Of a stretch of 64,000 nt of DNA, positions 50,662-64,000 are shown piece by piece. The stretch's first letter is position 1. Each line of letters begins with the position of its first letter. This stretch comes from Azolla caroliniana (lineage: Eukaryota > Plantae > Polypodiophyta), in assembly GCA_043228905.1 (NCBI GenBank), contig JBHGNT010000001.1, positions 7,750,001 through 7,814,000 of the forward strand. The letters run 5' to 3'. Made by a program: the position numbers and the translations under genes. The notes below the pieces were generated by a model. It made no database searches. It worked only from the letters and a program-made list of their open reading frames with translations, and was not told the DNA's origin.

Positions 50662-53600
50662 ATTTTGACTACAAATGATCTTAACAGCCACCTGCAGAAC
50701 AAAATTTACCCCTATGGATGGGTATTCTGGTCACTTGAAAACTTTGGATATTCTGGTAACAGTGAAAAGACCCTAAAAGGCATCAAGGTGTTTTCTTCTA
50801 AGGAATGCAAGTATTAGAAAAATACCTGAGGCAGAGCTAGCCTCTCTAAGTTTGCAGCATACGGCATTGGCACATCTGCGCCCGTTATTCGCTCTACGGG
50901 AGCATCCAAATACTCGAAGCTCTCCTCAACCACGCTCATACTGCATTGCAAGTATTCCAAAATTCAAATTTTCAATCAGTGAGATGATCAAAAGAAGGTG
51001 ACATTATAAATGTAAACATTAATGCTATCCCAATATGTTTCATTTCTGAAACAAACATGAGGAAATTCCACAGGGAGGTGAACCCCAATTGAGCCTTCAA
51101 TATAGACAAATATCACCACCAAAGAGGAACGTTCTAAAACTCAACAAAGATTTTTTTAATGATATTCAATAGAACATGACGTAGGTGCACCAGCAAAAAA
51201 CCTAGGAACACAGCAAGCTTTGATGACCATTTTAGCAACTAGAATTTGTATATAGAACTTCCATGTTACTTTCCACCAAAAATTGTAGAAATGAGAGCAA
51301 AAATCAGCTATGATTTCCCGCTTTCCATTCATTCTAAAATTAGATTTTGAGTTCCGCCTCAATAAAAAAAGTTAGTTTTAATCAGCTATATATTGCTCAT
51401 GCTGTCAAGCATCACTTCTTCAAAATAAACATTTTAACCCACTCATAACTTTTAAGTAGCTTTGTAAGCACACAGACCATATATTGGAATCCAATACTAA
51501 CACAATGGAGCAACACATGCCAATCCTGGGGCCCGCTAGCTGAGTGGCACCTCCAATCTAAGGACAACTGACCATGCAATATCATCGTGGCTGGTCTCTA
51601 GAGTTCAGGGTACCAAGATAATTTTAAAGTAAAAAGAACATCTTCTGATGATCATTTAATTGGCACAGGAATATCTCACAAGGGCACAAAACTACAAGCA
51701 AGCTAAATAGATTAGTATCACTATGTCAAATGCTAATATTCAACTTCCTATATCGGCAATGCATCATCAAACAAATGTCTGGTCCACACCAAAAACATAC
51801 CAAATTTCTGCACCAATACCATGTTGTGGCCATCCTTCTTCTACAGTAACAAGCCTATTGGTTTTCCTAACAGAGGTATTAATTGCTGCTCTGTCAAGGG
51901 GCCTGATTGACCGCAAATTTATAACCTGCAGGAAACATATCAAACTTGAAACATCTGAAGAAACCACCTCTTATTTAAATATCAAAATCTATGGCAACCT
52001 TGAAAAGAGAGGGAAGAAGTATGAGTTCTACTTTACCTCAGCATTGATGCCTTCGTTGGCCAAAACGTCAGCCGCCTGGGATCAGATTACAAGATGAAAA
52101 TGTAACTTTTAACACAATTTCAATTTTCTTACATTATATCATGAGTGTAAAAGAATTGATGCAACTTAAGTGTTTCAAGGAACTTTTACCTTCAAGGCAA
52201 ATCCAACCATTTTTGAGAAAGTTACAATTGTGACATCTGTTCCCTCACGCTCGATCTGTTGCCGCAATTAATTCGAAACACCATTTTTAGTTATTAATAA
52301 GAAAATGCCTATATTAAGTTTGAATCAGTTCTCACCTTAGCCTTCCCTATAGGGAGAACAAAGCTTGGATCAAGAACTTCATCAGATACTGGAAATGATT
52401 CTCCATACCTGGAAAATTTGTAAATAAATATAAATACTGAATCATTTGCAGCATTCTTTGCAGACTCTCAAACATGTTGCGATAATTTAACTTACGTGTT
52501 AAAGTTTAATAATAGAAAATATATGAAGGTATACATACATCTTAACAAGACCAAAATATTTTCGGTTTCCAAAATGACAAATACTAAGCAGAATAGAGTA
52601 AAACATTTTATTGTGCAGAATCAGTAATTACAATACTGTCAACAAAGATTGTATGGAAAATAAAATGAAATGAAATGAAATTTTATATCAGGACACAAAA
52701 AATTTAAATGGTTCGGAAAATTGCCTTTGTCCAAGAGTGAGAGATCACTATTTTCATTAAGATGATTACAGGCGGAATATACGATAAAACTCTCAATTCA
52801 CTATTGATTCACTTCCTCAAAAATCTGTTTGGTTTTCACTTACCCACACTTACCTATTTCCTAAGCACATCACAACGCACTAAAGAAAACCAGTTTCTCT
52901 CAAATAATTTTCTCTTTTTCTTATTTCAATCACAAAGGAATTCATATTATAAGCTTTTACAAATGTAGCATGCAACAGACTCTTTCTAACATGCAATAGC
53001 CTGCAATGGTTCATCTCTTGTCAAAAAACACTTAATGTTATTGCTTCGCCTCATAATTATAGCCACTGTAAGATCATTAATTAACACATTTTAATCGCAC
53101 AAAGAAGAAATCTAAGATTCGTGAAGGTTTGTGCAACATGCTAAGATGTGTGAGAGTTTGGAGAGAAATGAGATGAAATGAAGAGAGAATCAGAACCAAA
53201 TCATCCAAAACTGCATCTCAAGCATGGAAAAACCCGCAAGATAGAAAACATGAAAATATCATTAGCCTCTAAATTTTCTATAAAATGATAATTTAATACT
53301 ACCAAGAGAGAATATCTGCAGAAAATTAGCGGCATAGTTCACATGATGAGCAGAAAGAAGGCCACTTTGAGATTATATATGATATAGACGTGTACTTATT
53401 ACAGGGTATATCATAAACTTTGACATGAACATCAGTTAAGTGTATTCCTTGGAGAGATTCGCAAATTGATATTGCAACATATCAAATAGAGAAGACAAAC
53501 ATCACTTACAGAAGCTCATTTTCTAGAAAGACCACAGGATCAGGATCTCGAATTGCAGCCTTCAATAATCCACGTGCATCCTCTGATGAATAAGGGCATA

Positions 53601-56600
53601 GAACCTTCAGTCCTGGACATGATGCATACCATGCAGCAAAACACTGCATATACACTCAAACTTTTATCACTTTATCTCTCATTGGTGTATTTACATGATG
53701 CATACCATGCAGAAAAATACTGCAAAAACTCAAAATACCATCACGTTCCCTCATTGATGTGTTAAAACTTGGAATAGACTATAAAAAGGGAAATTACATC
53801 TTTCACAGCATAGTTAAAGGTTTGGTATTCATTAACTTTACAGTTTGGTAATACCCAAAATTTGTATTGGGTTTTGATATATTAGGTACTCTTCTTTTAC
53901 AAAAAAAACCAAATAAGTATACCTGTGAATGCTGTGCAGCAACACCTGCTGCTGCTCCATTTGGGCCTCTAAACACAATAGGAACCGAAATTTGCCCTGC
54001 AGACATATAATATGTCTTTGCTGCAGAATTGATTATATGATCAATCGCCTGTAGATACAAACCAACCCTATGAAATAAGCATGAAATAATGTAAGGGTAA
54101 TGAAACAAAGAACAAGTAAAACAAACAAACTTTAAAACGCTCATATGCACATTAAAATCTGCAACATTTTGTAGGTGGACATATATGCCACTCTTGAATT
54201 GCTCCAAACAAATGATATTTAATGTTAAATAGGACTAATGCATACCAAACTATAATGAGCAATATTTTGGCACTCAGAGTCCGATCCACATTAGTTCTTT
54301 GGCTACAATTTGGGAAGGCCCAAGATCATGATGGATTGGTGGGTGAGCACTTTATCTAGCTAGCACACATCTTTAATAGAGCCATGTGTGAAGGTTTTCC
54401 AACTAGATGGACTCAACATATCATTGTGCCAATCCTCAAGAGTGGAGACACCATGATGCCAAGCAACTATAGGACAATCATGATTGGCCATTACTTGGCT
54501 AAACTATATGGCTCGATTCTAGAATCAGAATTGAGTATATGGGCAGAGCAAAATGGCTGCCGTTCAATTGGACAAGCAGGCTTTCGGAAGGGGTTCACAA
54601 CTTTGGATCACATATTCACCCTCCGGGCCCTTATTGAGGAGGGCAGAGCCCGCAATAAGAGGATTTATTGCTGCTTTGTGGATTTCCGAAAAGCCTTTGA
54701 CACTGTGCCACATGCTTAGCTTATGCAGCGGCTAGAAGCCCTTAGTGTTCCTATAGATATGCAATGGGGAATCTATGCACTCTATGAATCTGTGTCAGGA
54801 AAAGTGCGGTCTTCTAAGGGTTTCTCAGAGGCGGTGGCTAGCACAATTGGCGTGAAGCGAGGATGCCCACTATCCCCCACACTCTTCGGTCTCTATATAG
54901 ATGAGGTATCACAGTACATAGAGAGATTTGGGGGTTCCGGAGCACACCTAGCAGGTATAGCTATACAAATATTACTATATGCTGATGATATGCTGATTTC
55001 TGACTCTCCAAAGGGACTACAAAGACATCTAAATGCCTTAAAACTATTTTGTACGGACAAAGGTTTGTCGATCAACATGAATAAAACTAAAGTGATGGTG
55101 TTTAACACCACCCAAGCATGGGTAACAAGATCAGAACCAGAATTCTTCTTGGGAGAGGAAAAGGTGGAATACAAACGCTCATACACATACCTAGGCGTAA
55201 CATTTACAGGGCCTAGGTTCTCCTTATAGGAGGCCGCTTGTGCCCGACTTTCTCGTGCATATGCAGCCCTTGGTGCTCTCGAGAGACAATGTGCACATTT
55301 GCAATTCCAAGAGCCACGGACTAAGCTATGGTTATTTGATACACTTGTCACACCAACTCTTCTCTATGGAGTAGAGACATGGGGACCGAATCTTAACAAG
55401 GCAAATCATTGGAAAGATTTAGAGAGACCTTTAGTGTCAATGATTGCTCACATGATAAGGAGCAAAGCATCAGTGCCCCACGATATAATCCAGGCAGAGA
55501 TGGGAGCAGCATCTATAATAACTGAGGCGTTCCGATCAGTGACATTTATCCAACGTCTTTGGGAGCTCCCTAAAGGAAGGTACCCAAGGTTGGCACTTAT
55601 GTCATCAAAACAACTAGCTAAAAATGGAGACACTCATTTTTGGTATGCTGAAATGCAGCAATGGTTCGAGTCACATGGCATGAGTATAAATGCACTACCC
55701 CCGTTCCAATATAGCTTGGACCGTCCCCGTCTAAATATGACCAAAATGGAAAAGAATAGAGTGATCCGAACTAATATTATTAACTTGGAAAACAAGATAA
55801 CATGGATCAGCCCCAAAATACCACTTGGTACAAAGATGGCCCACTATAAGACACACTTCTTACATACATCGGAGGATGGATTTGTCATCAGGCCACCTTA
55901 TATGGACATACATCTATCCTATGCGCTGCGTAGTGTGATAGGGCAGCTGCAAACTTCATCACATCAGCTACAAATTGAGGTAGGCAGATATACATGACTA
56001 CCTCTAGAGGAGAGAATTTGCCAATTGTGTCATCAAGGAGTGGAATCTGAAGAACGCTATGTTTGTCATTGTAGTGTCTTTTATGAAATCAGAGGGAGAT
56101 ACCATTGCCTCTTTAAACAAGGCTTTGGCCCACTACGCAAGGTAATGGAATATGAGGACCAACGATGCCTAGGACTTTTCTTGCTAGAGCTCAAGAGACA
56201 TCGGGAAAAGTTGTTGAAGAATACAGCCACACAAGCTCATCCACAAAGAACAATCACAACATTCTTTAGCCCCATCACTCCTAATGCTAGAAGTCAACCC
56301 CGGGATACACAAATGGGCTTCAGACCAGGACATAACAAAGGGGTTACAATTGATCGGGCAATGGCAATTTGCCGTGCACGTAGGCCTCGGCCCCATGGAC
56401 CACGACCTCGACACCCTTGTCATCGACACATAAAAGCCACATTATCTCCCACCACCGTAGGTGCTTCCCTCGCTTCGGAGACATTTCCATTCTGGATCGA
56501 CCTATGCTAGAGATCTTTCGAAGACAAAAGCTACAATATACCTAACTTGAGGATCTCACATGTGCCAAAAACCAGATTCCCTCATTTCTTTTCTTTTCAT

Positions 56601-59045
56601 GTTATTTACTTTTATATTTACTGTGTAATATTTATTTTATTTTGATTTGTTCTCAAAGACGAGACAACACTTAAGATGTAATCTCTTATTTGGTCTTATA
56701 GGCCATTTTGGCCTCTTAAAAGATGTTAATATATCTTTCTTTCTTTCTTTCTTCATGCATCCCTTTACATTTTTTTGAACTCTCCTGATGATTTTAGTTT
56801 GACGTGTAAATATCCTTTGTAGGTTTCCCCTAACTTTGAAATCCCCCCATGAGTATAATGCATTGCTAAAACCAAATGTTTGTATACATACATATAACCT
56901 CTTTTGCCATAGGACCCTAAGTCCAAAGGTAAGAACACATACACAAATCGAATTTGCTTTTATAAGCCAAAACCTTAAGCACCATCTCAGAGCAAATTGA
57001 CCAAAAAATCATTGAAACGTGAATAAATGCCAAATTTATGTGAAACCCAATGTATTTGTCAATATTTGAGATATTGACAAAAATGTATTGGAACCACTAT
57101 GGAGGAAAGAAATCTTAACCTTTATGTTGACCATAACTTCTGGAAGTAACAATGATTTAACCCCCATATCCTGTTGGATAATCATTAAAGATAAAAAACA
57201 ATGGAACTAGAGGTAAGGTTCCTCCAGATTCCAATCAGGAATAAAAGATGGCATCCTGTTTATGTGGATTCAAGGTTGTTACATCCCAAGGTATAGTTTA
57301 TTCAAAACAAAATGGTTCTACGGAAGGGCTGATGTTCAAAAAAACATGTGACCTAATAACTCAAAACTTTTCCACTGTATGTACTCTCATTGCAAACATA
57401 CAAAAGAAACTCAATTGGTTTACTTAAACAAAATCCTGTACAATACTTAGGATGCATAGCACAGAACCAATGCAAATTTCATTAATTGTCTGACATCAAA
57501 ATAAATAAACAGCATAATTTTTCGACTTGCCTGCATTGCAAAGTTGAAAGTCATGAACTCGACAATAGGTTTGAGTCCATGGAATGCAGAGCCCACTGCA
57601 ATACCTGTAAATCCAGCCTGTAAACTTACCCAAGTTGAAAAATTAAATTGTGACTGAAGAATTAGTATAAATCAGTTTGGTAGATGAACGTATCAGACAT
57701 ACCTCAGTTATAGGTGTATCACGCACTCTCTCAGGTCCAAATTTTTGTAGGAGTCCTTTAGAGATCTACATTTGAATTCAAGCCCCGTGCCGATAAACTG
57801 AGGCTTCAAAATCAATCTAATGATTAAATTCACAATTAAACAAGAACTGTTCTTTACCTTGTATGCACCCTGGTATTCTCCAACCTAGGAAGTATTCAAA
57901 CAAAACAAAAAAATGAAATCCAATGCTCTTAAAATATTAGGTCACAATTATAAAGGGATTACTAAAGAATAAATGCAAGATGATACCTACCTCTTCGCCC
58001 ATAAGATACACTTTGGGATCTGCTGCCATTTCCTCATCAAGAGCAGAATTCAGTGCATCTCGAACATTCATCTGTATAATAAATTTGATCAACATTAAAT
58101 AGAACACTTTTGCTGTATAGAGTTTCAAAAGTAAATCGCAAACATCAAGGAAGACCTGTTTATCTGCAGTACAAAATCTCCTCAAGCCAGTTGATCCAGC
58201 AGTTACTCTTTGTGAACGCTGACAAAAGGTAAAGAAGAAAACAAAACGTAAAAAGAGGTTTCATTTAGCATAGTCTGCCATTACCATTAGAAAACAACAC
58301 AAACTTTGTGTGCTAAACTAGATAAAGCACAGAGGGGCAGTAATGTTTACAAAAAGCATGAAAAGCTCGAGCTTTCTTCAGATAAGTTATCATTTTTCTA
58401 CTCTTTAACGCACAACTGGGCTTGAAGTGTTCAATTAAATCCAGACTCATCTCGTAAGAAGACATGAGAACATGACGGCACACAAAAAGCCAATCAGGAT
58501 CTACATCCTAAACTACAGACTTCGTCATTTGTTAAAGAAAAAAGCATCTTGTGAAAAAATTTAATCGAGCAAACACAAACTTAAAGATCCATCATTTTCA
58601 AGTTGTAACCTAAACGTTTAAAGAAATCAATGAACTTCAGATAGAAAATGGCGCGTTTCTGATCTGATGCACTACCTAAAAGAATGAAAGAAAGAGAGGC
58701 TGATAGATATGATTGACACGTAGAAATCCCTGAAGAATTCATTCCAAGGAAGGTTGATACGAACTAGAAAAGAAACAGTTGTTTCTGATTTCTTCAATGG
58801 TCTGACAGAAAGGCAGAGGAAACTATATTATGCTATTACCAAAAGAAACCAGACCTAAAAAAAGGGGAAAGGGACAGAGAAAATATGTGCGATGAATTTA
58901 AAGCAAATAGGAAAGGAATGCAGGGAAACCTATGCGTAGTTTTATGAATTGAATTTGCAAGGAGGGAGGTCTAAAACAACACCGAAGGAGAGAAGCTTAC
59001 CAGGAGAGATGCTCTGAGAGAGGCGAAGACACCTGAAGAAGCCAT
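50623..59045 (-). CDS. PDHB: Mitochondrial pyruvate dehydrogenase E1 beta subunit, 14 exons (59001-59045, 58156-58218, 57991-58071, 57858-57884, 57703-57765, 57531-57617, 53923-54048, 53510-53643, ~52336-52408, ~52190-52255, ~52037-52075, ~51801-51925, ~50826-50940, 50623-50691)
   Basis: Spliced translation: transit peptide [36 protein letters not shown], then [120 protein letters not shown]. Confidence 0.95.
54300..56753 (+). mobile_element. 5'-truncated non-LTR retrotransposon (RTE/RTEX-like LINE) in PDHB intron 6, antisense to the host gene
   Basis: RT motifs [42 protein letters not shown] and YTYLGV. C-terminal CQLC..E...C zinc motif; several stops; (TTTC)n tail at ~56735-56753. Confidence 0.9.
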
Positions 59046-59264
59046 AGCCACGGGTGTAGTGTGACTATTGTTCTTCTGAGGGGACGTTCCCTCCTCGTTT
59101 CTCCTGTCTGTCTTTCCTTCTTCCTTTCTTCCTTTCTTCCTTTTCCTTTAAATCTGCAAATCGGTTTGATCAGTCTCCGATTTGGGCCCATACTTTCAAT
59201 AATCTGCATTTATGCCCCTCCCTTTAACCCACTACTACTAGCAAAGGGGTAAAGGTTTGAATTA

Positions 59265-59298
<34 letters not shown>

Positions 59299-59396
59299 GG
59301 AATTAGAATAAGTGCATTGCTTTACAATGTACATACATGATACATACCTTTCTTTAGGAGATTAGACCCATGAGTCTCACAATTACAAACCTCGCT

Positions 59397-59903
59397 TAGG
59401 GCAATGGGCACGGTTCGGTTCAGTTTCAAGGCAAAAAAAAAAAACGAACTGAACTGTTTATATAAAACAAAAACCTAACCTAACCGTTTCTGAAATCTCA
59501 AGTATTTAAACCAAACCATTTAAGAAAAAGTAAACAAAACCATTTAAAACCAAACCGTTTAGGGAAAACTTGAAACCAAACCGAACCATTTCATACAAAA
59601 AATTAAACCTAATCATTTAGGTCAAATTAATTAGACATTTAAATAATAAACAAAATTACATTAAATTAAATAAGCAATTAAGTTAAATTTATTAAATCGA
59701 TAAAAACCCATTAATTAAACCATTAAATTAATAAACTATTAAGGTAAAAAAAAAAGTTAACCAAAAAACTATAAACCTGAGTTTTAGAACCAAACCAAAC
59801 CGTTTATAAAAAATCCAAACCATTAAAAAATTTTGGAACCAATAAACTATTAAACCATGGCTTAACGGTTCGGCTCAGTTTGAACTGAAACATGCCCATT
59901 GCT
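59397..59903. mobile_element. MITE / non-autonomous DNA transposon (hAT-like) upstream of PDHB
   Basis: Imperfect terminal inverted repeats GCAATGGGCACGGTTCGGTTCA / TGAACTGAAACATGCCCATTGC; interior rich in AAACCG/AAACCA motifs; no clear TSD. Confidence 0.65.
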
Positions 59904-60759
59904 ACCAACTGTGGGTGTGGGTGTGAATTCATGTGAATGTCGCATAACATAGTTTGGCCACTGATACTCAAGTTGACTTGAAATGGTGAGGGTGTGTGTG
60001 TTTTCGTGGAGATGTCAGGTAACATCACAAATACATGGGCAAAGTTGAGAGAGAGGGAGAGAGATAAGTATGAATTCATGCATGTGTTACTCGACATCAT
60101 TGGTTGCAATTGCCATAGGTTTATTGACATCACATGTTTTCTTTTGTTGTGGATAGGATGTGTCTGAACTCATGTTGATGTCGAAGACAATCTATAGCAC
60201 ATGTGAGGTCTATGATTGAATTAATGCATTGAGCTTGCACGTGGCAATGTTAATTGTTAATTCACATTCATTAGAGCTAGTCGTAACTTTAATTGATCCA
60301 TTATTTTGCACATGTAAAGGTTCATAAAAATTTCCCTAATTGTAGATTCTAATTCAATAAAGATAGTTGTGAAATTAGAATAGTTTATTATCGTGAAAGT
60401 TTTTTGTCCATTACAATAACCATAAAAGAAGTAGGTTAAAAGGAGAATTCAAGCAAAGGCAATTGAAGATATTAACAGAAAACTACAAAGGGTAGATTCA
60501 ATATTTTGCACAACCGTTGCTCCAAATGTCAATTATTTGTCACAGTGGATGCACTCATCACCACACACTAATTATCGTTTTCATTAGCGTTGATGTTATT
60601 ACTTACTAATCTAATTAGTATTCACTATAATAATCGAATGCGTGATTAAGGGTATTATCAATGTTGTGTTTGTGATAAATAGTATTGTGGTCTAATGTAG
60701 AAAATAGTGTTTAACATTGGTGACTTGAGGTGATTATACTAGAAGTAATGATAACTTTG

Positions 60760-61440
60760 CATTTGAAAACCTATTGCAGATGGATTTGGTCATTTCAAGA
60801 CCCAACTAAATTTATTCTTTTCATATGGCTATTAGTGCATATGGCATTACCGATTGGTCATTCATTGAAAGGGATTGTCACACCTAATCTTAGGCAATGT
60901 GGTTTTTTCCATGCAGCTCAGGAGACTACCAAGCATGTCTTTTGGTCTTCTACCTTGGCTCAATGAGTATGGAATAAAGTCCTTTCTTTATTCCTAACGA
61001 TCAATGTCGGTTGCATGTTTTCATGGGGATCAACAATGTGTGGTGTTACACTCCAGCTGGATGTTGTATGGCAAACGATGTCCTTGAGGCCATGGTGGTA
61101 CATAATAGAAGATTGATATTAGTTGATCCCTTTCAGCAACCTCAAAACAATGTGTGATCTGTCCAGGTCTTGAAAACAATGACTACGATAACGTTATGGG
61201 TATTATGGAAATGTAGATGTAATTGACTTTATGATGCAGCAAATCTTCTTCTCTCATTTGTATTGCTCGAGATATGGGAGAACTTGATGGAAATATTCCG
61301 CAATCAATATGAAAATATGCATGGTTCTCTAGAGACTGTTAATAAGAGAAGGAAGAAGCTTCTTCACTTATGGGAAAAGTTGTCTCTCTTTATAGTAGGT
61401 TAATGGCCTCAATGGCACTATCGACTTCCATGGACCCTTT
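60760..61440 (+). mobile_element. Degenerate L1-type LINE 3' fragment (zf-RVT region)
   Basis: WIWSFQDPTKFILFIWLLVHMALPIG...ETTKHVFWSSTLAQ*VW followed by TLWVLWKCR; typical of plant L1 ORF2 C-termini. Confidence 0.65.
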
Positions 61441-64000
61441 CTTGAATATTAGTACACCATGACACTGTACATCAACAAATTCCAACACCCTTTACAAGTT
61501 CCTATATTTGGTCTTAGGATTACTATACATCATTATACACAAAAAGTTGTAGGTGTAGCCTTTGGGTGTTTTTTCTTAATACTATTGAAGAAAATCTTTC
61601 AATAAAGAAAAATGATAACATTGTTAACTACTTAGTTTATGTAGCAATTACCATTAAAACACAATGCTAATTATCATAGCTATCACAAATAAAAATGCTA
61701 ATAAGATCTATGATGTGTTCATCCTCCTAGTATATGGTTGTTTGGGAAAACATATATAAGTGTTTATTGGCAATCTACAAGATGTATTGTGCATGAAATG
61801 ATATGATATTTGATCTATTATATAATCATATGAGTTTTGTATTTGAATTCACATAGGTTTTGATACAAAAGATCAAACATTAGGAATATGTAAGTTTTTA
61901 TTGGGTAATTGTTGGGTTGAATATACTCATACTCAAAGAGTTGCTACATGCACAACCTTAAAGGGCCATCTTAAGAATTGAGGCAATTCACATAAGGTCA
62001 TGACACATGGCAAGTACAAGCGGTGGCTCGAAGACCTATAGTACAAGTATAAATTGGAGGAGTAGCTCACCTCCTTTGGGAGAGGGGATAAATTGCCAAA
62101 ATGTTGTTGAGATGTAGATGGTGTGGCAAGGCTCTTGCTAATAATAGTGTTTTGGTAATTTGCGTCCATGGTTAACCCATTTATTTCCTTAATTATAATG
62201 TTTATATGCTTAATCATTACTTACTTCTATACATATTTAACAATAGCGTAGGTTGGAAAAGGGAAATTTTCATATCCAAACCCATCCAATGCATGTTGAC
62301 CGCCCCTCTTGACATAAAAATGTATCGGGTATCATTGAAACATTGCAAGGTTCTAACTAATGTCATTTTGCCCACGTCCTTGATAAGTTGCCAACCTCAA
62401 TTTCCACCTTTTTGAGTATTACAAACACTCAAAATGATGCCATCTTTTGTAAAATCCAAGTTATCAGCATGACTCTATAACCTATTGTTGGCACTCAAGT
62501 GCGAATCCAATCTAATTCATAATCAGTGCTAAGAATTATGGCGTGGAAAATAATGCAATGGAGATAATAACACCTCAAACCTAACCAAAGCACATGAAAA
62601 CTTAGGTCATTGTTCGACTTTGTGTGCATGAGAAGGGGGAAACTCATTGCAAAAAAAAAGATTCATAACGCAAGCAATGTTTGAGGACATGGATGTCTAT
62701 GTTCAATGTGGGAACAATGTCATTTGTAATGACTCATGGGACAATGTGTGGGTATTAGCCTTTAGGTATGGTTCTTGTTTTCTTTTCCCATATGAGAATT
62801 TTGAGAGGGAGGCCAAAATAGTTGACAGTTGGAAATACTGATATGAGATAAATGGAGTACCTTTTTAGCTAGCTTTAAGGGCAGAAAATGTTTATGCAAA
62901 CATGAGTATTCAAAATGCATACCTATAGTGTTGGGTAGGGTAAGCACACTTTTCAAACATGTGGAGACCACATAAACCAAACCTCCACCAATGAAAAAGA
63001 AAGTAACCAAACAAAGCAAGAAGTTTTATACCCTTTGCTTGGCAATTATAGGCAGGAATCCCCTCTCTCACTGTTTTACCATGGGCCACCATACATTGAC
63101 CATTCTGCCACACTTTGTGGGTAGTGCCTTAATCGGCATAATGACCCCATGAGGTTCGAAGTTCCAACATTGGAAATGCTTACTACCTTTTTAGCCAATT
63201 TATATGAGATTTTTCCTACAATGATTAGTGTAAGGAAATTAAGATATATATAATTTTATTAACTAGTTTCTAAGCACTAATCATAAATTAATCACCTATC
63301 CATTATTCTTCCTCTCTACTACATGAATATAGTTATCCAACTCACAAGAGAGACTTACTCCCCCATTAGTGAATTTTTATTTGTATCGAAAATTGCACCA
63401 CGTGATGCTTAACCATGAAACCACAACACGATTAGTGCCAAGTGGTATGCATGTGCTTGGCATTACTCCTACTCTCAAATTATTGCAAGGTTATATTCAT
63501 GAATTATAAGTTCCAAGCTAAGCACTCGACATGAAGCTCCGAAGCCTCCCTTGCCCTTACATCTATCACATGTGAAGAAGATTCCAAACTAGGAATATTT
63601 TATGGCACAATCTTATAACCGCATGACACATTCATGCCTAGATTCACAATGTTCACACATAGATGAGCACCAAAAGAGTAGAGATATACGGATTTTGATT
63701 TATCGAAGTAATAAAATCACAATGCTTATCAACATGAGATGCATTTCAAGATACTCATGAGTCCTAACAATCCCCTTTACTTAACAAACATTTATTCACC
63801 TTGAAAGAATAACAAACATTCTTGTTGTAGTCAACCCCAATATCCTCTTATAGAGTCGAGTAACTATTGTTCTTTTTCCTAGAATAATCCATGTTCCCAA
63901 TATTGTGTTGTTTGTATGAGGGTTAGTACATCCTAGGATGAATTAATTGTATTTTTTCCAAACCTATAGAGAAACAACATATTTCAATGGAATATATGAA

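Noticed and set aside
45230-59045. BAHD genes plus pyruvate dehydrogenase as an acetyl-CoA-linked biosynthetic gene cluster
   Set aside because: PDHB is a mitochondrial housekeeping subunit, BAHDs are usually cytosolic, and no scaffold-forming or other tailoring enzymes are in the window; adjacency alone is not evidence.
62450-63200. Possible hAT transposase relic (ICNDSWDNV resembles the SDGW motif)
   Set aside because: A single weak motif in heavily degenerate sequence; needs a profile search.
63755-63790. Minus-strand PPT plus TG (AAAGGGGA-TTGTTAGG) suggesting another LTR start
   Set aside because: No partner LTR or recognisable pol sequence within the window.

Overview
Eukaryotic land-plant nuclear DNA with spliceosomal introns and dense retroelements; the repeat style suggests a non-seed plant such as a fern (inference). 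Host genes: a BAHD acyltransferase cluster (two apparently intact two-exon genes at 3952-5566 and 45230-48893, plus three broken copies) and a 14-exon mitochondrial pyruvate dehydrogenase E1-beta gene (50623-59045, minus). A segmental duplication of the BAHD pair was followed by reciprocal gene loss, and the two copies are separated by about 34 kb of nested transposons. The most unusual object is at 16181-24796. Once a very young Ty1/copia insertion (18424-23930, TSD TGGAG) is removed, it splices through four GT-AG introns into one ~925-codon frame encoding a ParB/Srx-like domain fused to a prokaryote-type beta-class DNA amino-methyltransferase (DIPY ... QKP ... VLDLFSGTGTT). This copy has a premature stop, lacks its true 5' end and lies between 821-bp direct repeats, which suggests mobile cargo. 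Also present: a 12-kb copia carrying captured group-D MAP kinase exons and a 4.5-kb microsatellite tract, an intronic LINE, a MITE and several tandem repeats. All coordinates and alignments were read by eye; no database searches were run.
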